Part shown: piece after piece, positions 55,448 through 64,000 of the stretch
How positions within the stretch are numbered: position 1 is the stretch's first letter
Layout of the letters: the number at the start of each line of letters is the position of its first letter
Assembly (NCBI GenBank): GCA_905178155.1
Contig: CAJINV010000002.1
Location: 8,877,412-8,941,411 of the forward strand
Length of the DNA: 64,000 nt
Origin: Amoebophrya sp. A120
Taxonomy: Eukaryota; Protista; Dinoflagellata
Direction: 5' to 3'
Notes under the pieces: generated by a model
Told to the model about the DNA's origin: nothing
What the model saw: the letters and a program-made list of their open reading frames with translations, nothing else
Databases searched by the model: none
Translations under genes and position numbers: made by a program

Positions 55448-58400
55448 CTACCCCAGCCCCTCGTCCGCACTGAGCAGACCCATGGCCCGCAGCTTTTCCT
55501 CCAAAAATTCCTCCTTGGAGGACTGCGAGATCGCCACTTTCCCGGTGGGCACCGCCTCCTGCGCCGCCGACTGGGCCAGCAACCCCCGCACCCGCGCGAT
55601 CTCGTCCTCAATGTCTTCGATGTGGTCCACTTTCTGGCTCGCGCGCTTCCTCGGTTTCGACGGGCTGGTGTTCGGCGAGGAAGCGGTGGCGGAAGAGCCG
55701 GATGGGGCAGCCCCGTACGCCGAATCTTTCTCGTAATTGCTGCCGTGGTGTTGGGACATGTGATCGCCGTGCAGATCTACTTCCCGTCGGGAGCTCGGGT
55801 AGCGGTCGGAAGAGGTGGCAAAAACATCCTGGTCGACGTCGAAGTCTTCCTCCACGGGCGGCATGCGCATCGTCACATCGCGCGAATCTTCTTCCAGAAG
55901 ATGGTGCTGTTGTTGATCACCTAGTGAAGACCCAAGACCCGCTCTGGGTAACGGCGCACCAGAAATAGAACCACTTCTCTTACTGGTGAACAACTCGTCT
56001 TCGCTCTCGTTCCACGAGGCCGTCCTGGAGCGCCGCCGGGCGAAGAGCTGCGATATCGGAACAGACGAGATGTCTTCTTCGAACGAATCCTTCCGCGGTC
56101 TGGACTTGCTACCGATCCTGGTAGTGCTGCTGCTGCTGCTGCTCAATACATCTGTGTTGCTGTAACTCTCGTCGGCGGCACCGTCATCGTCGTCAAACTG
56201 TGGAAGCCTTGCTGCAAATTTGTCGATGTCTCGGAGTTGCGCTACCTGCTGCAGCAACTCGTCGGCCCGACCGGCGAAGTTGTCTGTTTTAGGTTGCAGC
56301 ATTGATATGCTTGACGGTGATATTCAATTTTTCAAATGTCCTATCAGAGCATCACCAAGTTTCAAACACAGTAGCACCACACAGCATGGTGTCGCAACTT
56401 CTACTACATCAAGTAGAAAATAAATCATCAATACCATCTGCAAACGCCGACGACTTCCCCCCTCCCTCCGTAATCGCCTTCATGGCCCCAGAAGTTTCGC
56501 CTCCTACCACCCCGAGTTCGTTTGCACCACTGTGACTTCCCTCGCTTGCGATTGACAGCTGTTGCAGTCTCGCGTCGATGTCGGCAAGCGCTGCAAGATC
56601 CTCCTTGGCATAAAGCTGCGCCGGCTCCTTGCGGCGGATGGGCGAGACGCTCCCGTCTGCTTCTTCTGGTGCGGTCGAGTCTGGTGCTTCACTTGCTCTG
56701 GCGTCTTCTCCGTTTGTCACCATTGGCTTGCCTTGCAGAACGCTTTCCAGCAAGTCCTCCTGGTCAGCGGTGTAAAGTGCAAGCTGGTTACTTTCTGCAT
56801 TCGATGTTGCGCTTCGACCACTTCCCTTTCCGCCTTTATTGGACGGCTTTTGCGCCGCATTCGTTGACCCGCTCGAAGATCTATCCCGTTGGCCCTTACC
56901 TTTGTTTCCATCCTTGTTCATCTGCTTACCTGCTGCCACTTTGCTAAACGCGGTTGCCTGCGGCTGCTTCTGCTGTGACTGCGCGCTCGCCGCCGCATTC
57001 CGTCTCTGTGCGCCGTGTGCAGACGAACGGTTACTGGACGACGCGGTGGCGCTCGCCGATGCGCTCGAGGCGCTGTCCTTGGACGGTTGCCGCGTGCTGA
57101 TGGAGCTACTGCTGGGCAACCCGGTCGACGGAGCGGAAGAGGCAGACGCGCTGGACCGGTTCAGGTAGTCCTCGTCGTGGTCAACATTCGCATGATCTTC
57201 TTCTTTTTTCTTCACCAAGTTTCCCGATCGGACGAGCTGCACTTGATGTTTCAACGCATTTTTCTCCTGCTCGCCCCCGCCTCGATCTCCAATGACCGGC
57301 GGAGTCTCGAACCCGTCCGCATGTTGTTCCAAACTGACCGAGGACATTATGCTCACGCTCATCTGGCTATAATTACCGCTGTTGTTGTACGCCGGGATCA
57401 GACTAGATGTGCTGTTCCACCGGTCCCAGTTCACATTGGTCCCTTGCTCGAGCGGGAAGTCGATCTCTGAGGTGTTGCTGTTTTGCTCCGATTGGGCCGA
57501 GGAGCTTGACATCCAGTCGTTTCTCTTCGCTAGGGAGGTACTACTATGCGACCCTGCGGTAGAGGACTTCAACGCCTTCTGCTGTCCAGCCGTGTTTGCA
57601 GTTCCGAGATCCGCGTGGTCGGCAGCAAGAAGACCTTTTTCAACCAAAGCGTGCAGCTGCTCCTTGCGAGCCTGCGACGCGTTCTTCTCCACCGAACGGT
57701 CCTCCCTGTGAGGATGCGTGTGATCGAACAAAAAATTGCGGAGAAATTGGAATTATCCCGCGTTTCAAAAGCAACGCATGAGGTGGGTCACAACTACATG
57801 GACAATTGATGCAAGCAAGAGAGCGCTATGTAATCTTGAGAACAACACTTCTTGTTACCACTGCTTCCTAGTCGCTTCCAATTCGGACTTCACCTTCTGT
57901 TCCTTCTGTTCCATGTTTTTCAGAATGTCGTCTAGCCGCGCGATTTGGTTCAAGCCTTCCTCGATCAGAATGCACTCTTCCGGCGTGTAATTCCCCGAGA
58001 CGAAAGTGATCCTTGGGCGAGGCTTCGATTTCCCAGACTTTGACGGGGACTGTCCAGCTTGGGAGACGAGCTGCAAGTTGTTTGATTGCATCCCTCAAAC
58101 TGCACGGAATGGTGAACTTCCTCTGGTGCTTGTCGCCTAGAATCCAAATGCAAAGTCGTGATGAAAAAAGAACTCAATAGATACCTGTCCATCCTTCCCA
58201 TCCCATTCTTCGTCCTCTTCTTCCAGACAGCGGGTGAGAAACGTGGGTAAGACGCTCTCCTTGCCGTGTCCTGAATCCGCAGCAACGTCTGCAACATCCT
58301 CAAAGGCGGACGGTAGGGTATGCCTGAAACGGGATTTTTCATTCTTGTATTGCTGCACAGCTGCAGTGGGACTGGGAGTGCTTCTCATGATATCATCTCA

Positions 58401-59604
58401 TGCAATATTTGCATTTTCCTAGATGGCAAGACGACCATCAAAAACAAAAACCCCCAAGTATACTGCTGCATCAGGTCGTGCATGTAGTTCTGCAGTTCCG
58501 CGATCCGGTCCCGCTGGGATTTTTCATGCTTATGCAGCAAGCTCGACACCAGCTCCATGCTCGATTGCGCCTCGGGCAAGGTGGCTTCGTACGGACCATC
58601 TGGATCCTCGGGATTACTAGTCCACTGCAGTTGCAACGACATTCTCTCCAGCTCGCGGTCGTCAATCCTGTTGCGCATGATTTTAAGTAGCATCGTGTCA
58701 CAGAGCACATGCCCCCATAAAATCAAAAGCGACCTTCGAACTCGATGCAAAAAGTTGGACAGAATCTCAAAAAAAAATTGTTGATCTTTTCGTCTTACTC
58801 ATCTTTGCCCTCGCCGTTCCACAGAGCCAGTGCCAGGCTCCCCTTGTCCTCTTCTCCCCCACCTCCCGGGTCGTATTTTCCGCTCAGCAGTCCCTCGATC
58901 AGCGCGTTGGCTGCTTGAGTGCTCGTCGGGGATGGCAGTTTTGCCGTACCACCAGCTACCTTGTCCGATTGCATTGCATTTTTAGCTGCGTTTTGCGGAG
59001 CCGTGATCTTCCCTTTGCTTTTCATTCCGTCGGGTTGCAAGCGACCGCTGGCGTTGGACCCTCCAGGCGTAGCCCCTGCCAACATCGAGACATTTTTATT
59101 CGAGGGCGGCCTTGAGGAAGTAGAGTTCGTGGTGCTTCCTTTCCTATTTCCGCTGGTTCTACCCCCGGATGCAATATCAGGCGGGGTTTTTTGTGCTCCT
59201 CGGGTGCTCGTACCTTTTCCTCCGGACGGGGTGTATTTCATCGCGGCGGCGGCACCATTCCCCGCCCCTTTGATGCCCTGTTTTGCCGTGCTCGAGGACG
59301 ACGGACTTGTCCCAGTTTTCAGGGGTATAATCGGGTTGTGTTGCGAGGTAGAAGCAGTACTCTGCTTCGATATTCCACTGCTCGCATTGAAACTGCCGCT
59401 CACAACTCCGTTTTTTCCACTTGCGGCGGGCGAAGACAGCTTGACAATCTTCGTCGGCTTGTTTCGATTGCCGTTAGAACCAGTCGAATCCGGGCGGCCG
59501 GACAGAGGCAATGAGTCCTTGAGCGGCACCGGAACTTCGCCCTCCGCAAGCACCTGCATGCGCGGTGCCGAGGTGGGCCGACGACTGATGATCCCGGGGA
59601 ACAT
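55448..59604 (-). CDS. Multi-exon low-complexity/coiled-coil protein, FSIP1-like
   Basis: A chain of co-oriented ORFs joinable by GT-AG introns. The motifs GLNQIARLDDILKNMEQKEQKVK and EDLAALADIDARLQQL resemble FSIP1-family blocks. Some junctions are uncertain. Confidence 0.55.
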
Positions 59605-60549
59605 GTTTTTCTTCCTTTGCGCTTTTGTGTTGAAATTGAAAAAATCTCAGGCTCAGAATACCAAATGCGCTTTTTGGCTCGCTCAGTGCTCTACCACGTT
59701 CGCACGTGGAGCCATTTTTTCGAAAATAAACGAAAAACGATCAATGCGCCGTGGTACTTTCAAAAGCTCAAGGGGCAGCCACGGTGTCCTCAGGGTAACC
59801 TCTCACAAAAAAAGCTCTCACGCTCACCAGCTTGCGACCGCTCTCGACACAGGGTCTCAGCCTCGCAATTTGCAACGCACGATGCAACTCAGACCAGACA
59901 CTTTGCCTCTTCAAACGCGGCTCGAGAGTGCCTTCGCGAAAGGCGGCTCAATTACTTACGCGACTTGGGGGCCTAATCAGCAACGAGAAAAAGAACCAGC
60001 GCAAACTTCGAGTTGATTCGATACTGCAGTTCTTCCAGCGGCAGAAACTAGAAGTGGCACCTTTGCCTTGGTAATGGACAACTTCTTTTTCGTGTATGGC
60101 ATTACGTGTGACATCCAAATCTTCGCGTTCTATGAGTTTCGTACGTAAAAAACGTCGTATCCATGTCAAAAAGCCGCTGCTTCATTGTGATTGTCTCCAT
60201 GTCGTGCTTCTTTGCATTTTCTAAACGACGAAACGATGTTATTGTATCCGATCATCAAGATGCTTTCCTATTTTGTCTTCCAAAATCCTTTTCTCGATGT
60301 CGGTGCGATTTATGTACACAAAATGTATCAGATGGGTATGTGATTCATCAGAATTACCTGTGTTCTCGAAACGGTGTAAAGACAGCCTTAGAAACGACAA
60401 ACGAATCAGCAACAAGGCTGGCGAAACTAGAAATTTTTTGACTTTGGTGCTTTAATATTGAGTTTCTGCTTTTCAGATTCTGACCAATGAAAAAATGTAA
60501 AGATCCTTACGGTTAGAGATATTCCCAAAAATTCGGCAGCCCTCTTATA

Positions 60550-63500
60550 CTAGTAGGCCGCTGCAGCTGCTGTCGATACCGTTCTTGCATCGTTCGAATA
60601 GTATTTCTGCTCGCAGTCGTACAGCTGCCGGATTAGCGGCAGGTACTCCTGAACGGTGTTGACGAAGTTGAAGGTAAATTCCCCATCACGCTTCTCCGCA
60701 AGCGTTGCAAAGACCTGCTTTAACTTTACCACTCCGACCTGGTTCTCCAGGTACGCCTTAACGCACTCCAAGCGGTACGCCACCGTATCCACGGACTTCA
60801 AATGCTTCAACACGTGCAGGGTGCGGTTCGCATCAGTAAGCGACTTAAATTTCAGGTTCAAAAAGTGGTCCGTTTCTCCTCCTGGCTCTTGTTCGGCTTG
60901 AAAATCGCAGGAAGAAGAGGAAGGTTCGACTGTATTTACAACAATCGGGGCTGTGTGTTCCTGTTTTCTCCCTCCTGCAGCGCCAGCAGCTCCGTCTGTT
61001 TCTCGTTTGGAACCCGCCGTAGCAGCTTGGATGTTTTTCATTCGATTCTTGATCTCATCACTGGACAACCCGCCGAACAAGCCCTTCGAGCTCCACAGCA
61101 AGGAGGACACGTCGCCCGGGCTCTTCACCAAGGCTAGCGGCTTTTTCTCCGCGAGCATTTCGTTCTCGAAAGAGTTGAGGAGGTTGACGGTCTGGGCGTA
61201 GAACCGCTCCGCGCCGGTGTGGTTGTTCAAGTTCACCTCCAATGCCGTGAAATACTCCGTGTTGTTGTTTTCTTGTGCGTCGAAAAAGTTGTGGACGACA
61301 GGTTGCTGCTTTTCGTTCATCAATTTCGTGGGAGATTTCATGTCCGCGGCATCGTGTTCCTCGATGAAGAGCGAGTTCGATTTCACGTTTGGATGGATCT
61401 GCGCAGAAACAAGTGGTTGTTTGATGTGACTGCCTTCGCCAAGCAGCTTGTCCTGCTTCTCTGCGTTTGACTTTTGGTGACTCGAAACTTTTCCTGGGCT
61501 ACTTTCTGGTCGTACAAACTCTGCTTTTCCCTTGTGATCTGCAGCTACTCGCCTCTCACGTGTTGCTTCGGTAGAAACACCGCTAGCAAGCGCTTTCAGT
61601 TCGCTCTTCGCAAACGACTTGGTTGAGTTTGGAGAGTGGTGCTGGTACAGAAAAGAGCGGTAATTCTTTTTTGCCTTCAAACCAACCTGACCAGAGGCAG
61701 CGGCGTCGGAAGTAGCCAGGTTGTTCGCGTCTTTCCTACTGGTCTTCGACGTGCAACTCACTTGTACAGCTGGCGTCGGAGCAATTTTTTGGTTACTGTT
61801 GTTATCTCTCTCCACAATTTCAGTTCCTGCCGACGACCGCACCTCCGCGAAGATAGCGCTTGCGGTCTCGGACAATTTTTCAGAGCTGCGTTCTGCTTGT
61901 CCTTCTTTGCCCGTCTCCGTCTCACGACGCATCAGCAGCTTCATTTTGGCGCTTTTCACGTCGAAGTCGAGTACTCGTTCCGCTTCTTCGGTCGTTTTGC
62001 TCTTGCCGTCGCGAGCCCAGAGGTTTTTGTTTTCTTTATCGACCTCTTGAGACGTTTTCATGTCAGCCAAGACATTTACTCTAGCTTTGGTTTTAGAAAT
62101 TTTTTCCGGCGACGCACCGTACTGCTTCGACAACTCGTCAACTTTGGCCAGTAACCGCGATACCCGCGCCGCGGACTCGTCCGCGCGGGTGGGCGGTCGA
62201 TGAGCTGATTTTTCCGATGAGATTTTCATGCTCAGATGTCATTCTACATCACTCTGCACGTACTTAGGAATCTTCACAAACACCCGTCATTAAGAAAAAA
62301 ACAGCTAGTACTTACCCTCTCCGCGTGAAGACGCCAATTCCTGCTTTTTTTCTACGCAGCCGTGAAGAGCGTTTCTTTCCGTTTCTCGCCCTCCTGCACC
62401 CGCAACATACTGGTCCCGCAAATCGAACACTGAATACTTTTTCGCCGGTTTCAAAGTTTCCGCATCGTCCTCGTAGAAATTCTTGTTTACGTCAGACTTA
62501 CTTGATGTCTTATTTTCAACGTTTGATGCAGTTGGTCTTGCTTTCTCGCCGACTGCCTTCCTCGCATCTACTTGTTCTTTAAACGCATGCAGCTCCTGCT
62601 TCCGCTGCAAGTACTCGTTTCTGGCCTTGTCGAGGGGGGAAGTCGTTGTATGATCCTTGTCATTGTACACGTTCTGCGCGAAGGCGTCTTGGAAAACACG
62701 GTCACTCACATGGTTCCTGTTTAATACGTGGCTCTCCTTGCTGGCATGTAATTCTCTCTTGCGAGCATCCTTTTCCGCATCTACAGCTCTGCCCGGCTGC
62801 ATCACAACCTCCAGTGGTGATCGTTTTGGGAGTTCTTTCCGCTTGTTGTTCTCAAACCCTTCGACTTCCCGCGCGGCCTTTTTGTCCTCCTCCCGCAAAC
62901 GCAAGGCGATGGCGTCGATTCGCGAGGAAATCGCGACCCCCTGGTCGTCTTTTCTGCTTTGCGGCGGGGGAACTGACTTCGAGGTGGTCTTCGACGATGA
63001 AGAGGAGTCGACAACAACCCGCTCCCGTTGAGAATTAAGAGCTTTCTTGTCGGAATCCGGAGCACCATTTTCATCCCGTATTTGCAACCCTGGTGATCTT
63101 TGTTGTTGCGCTGTAGGTAGAATCTGCTGGTGCTTCTTCTTTTCCACGATCTTCTTGGAAGCGGGAGAAGCTGGGTACTGGGCCTGCTTTCGGTACATTG
63201 CCATCTTGGCGCGAACTTCATTTTCCTTCTCACTGCTCTTCTTCCTCATCTGAAGGTCTGCGTACCGACCAGGCTCGCGGCGGCGCGGCGGGTCTTGCAC
63301 CTGCTCCAGAGCGACGTTGTAATCCCGAGCTAAGAGTAAATTTCTTCGACCGTGGTCGCGATTCAACATTTGGTTCCTTTGTTCCTTCTGATTTGGCTTC
63401 CTCTCGTCCGCTGCGTTGTTCTGCTCCTGCTTCGCGTCTGTACCGGGTAGATCTGTCTTCTCTGGAGGTCCTTTCCGGTGGTCGAATATTTCTTCACTAG

Positions 63501-64000
63501 TCTTTTTCACCGGTGTAGATTTGCTGGAACGCACGACGACCCTCTTCACCACACCCGCACGGTCATTCGGATAATGCTCAATCCGTTTGGACGACGCAGG
63601 CCGCTGCTGAGGACGGTGCAAAACCTTTCGCGGAGTGGACCTGCCAGCAGGGTAGTGGTTGCTCTTGACGTTATTGCTTGGCGGTTGTGGCTTGTGGTCG
63701 TGCTGTATTTTTCTTTGCTGTCCGGCGACCGTGGGCTTTTTCTCTACTCGCCCTTGCTCAACCGCATTCATCGCATTCGGAGCGGTCCTCGGATCACTCA
63801 CGTTTTCCTTGTCCAGAACCACAAGCGACGCAGCAGGTGCGGGGGCAGCAGCAGCAGCTACTGCTGCTGCAACTCTGTCCAACTGCTCTCGCCGATGATC
63901 TTCAGCAATCTGCCCGTCCCCGTGCCGCTTCATCTGCTTTTTTGGGTTTAGTATTTCGTCCTGCTGTTCTGGAACCCTTTCTTCAGCGGGAACCACCACC
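60550..64000 (-). CDS. 5'-truncated long charged protein with a NEK1-like C-terminal block (exons >64000-62316 and 62204-60550)
   Basis: The C-terminal TVAYRLECVKAYLENQVGVVKLKQVF...YLPLIRQLYDCE resembles the tail of NIMA-related kinases. Any kinase domain would lie outside the window. In-frame GT-AG intron 62315-62205. Confidence 0.55.

Noticed and set aside
1497-60016. Long plus-strand ORFs (e.g. 1497-2945, 11279-12700, 19650-20996, 58919-60016)
   Set aside because: They are antisense shadows of GC-rich minus-strand genes and have no recognisable domains.

Overview
Eukaryotic nuclear DNA. About 17 protein-coding genes all lie on the minus strand, and both canonical GT-AG introns and non-canonical introns occur. 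This combination points to an alveolate, most plausibly a syndinian dinoflagellate such as Amoebophrya (inference; no database was consulted). Recognisable genes: an inositol polyphosphate kinase, organellar-type IF3, SRP receptor alpha, an ALYREF-like RRM protein, TRAPP Trs33/TRAPPC6, topoisomerase III alpha, NAT10/Kre33, an Rdx-like plus EF-hand protein, an FSIP1-like protein and a NEK-like C-terminus. The main signal is eight transposon-like elements of 206-322 bp, in five terminal-repeat families, that interrupt coding sequence. All have symmetric ends of the form TAT-N7-AAAAA-(family core), 5-bp target-site duplications (TSDs) and a shared internal motif TTGT(V)(W)TGC. None can be spliced GT-AG, yet removing the element plus one TSD copy restores the reading frame every time. 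One family occurs in both orientations in the same gene, and three pairs flank micro-exons. Other notable items: a 1631-aa protein with an N-terminal HicA-type RNase toxin domain, a mucin-like membrane precursor with about 17 S-Phi-x-E/Q motifs, and two hints of organellar DNA and translation machinery.
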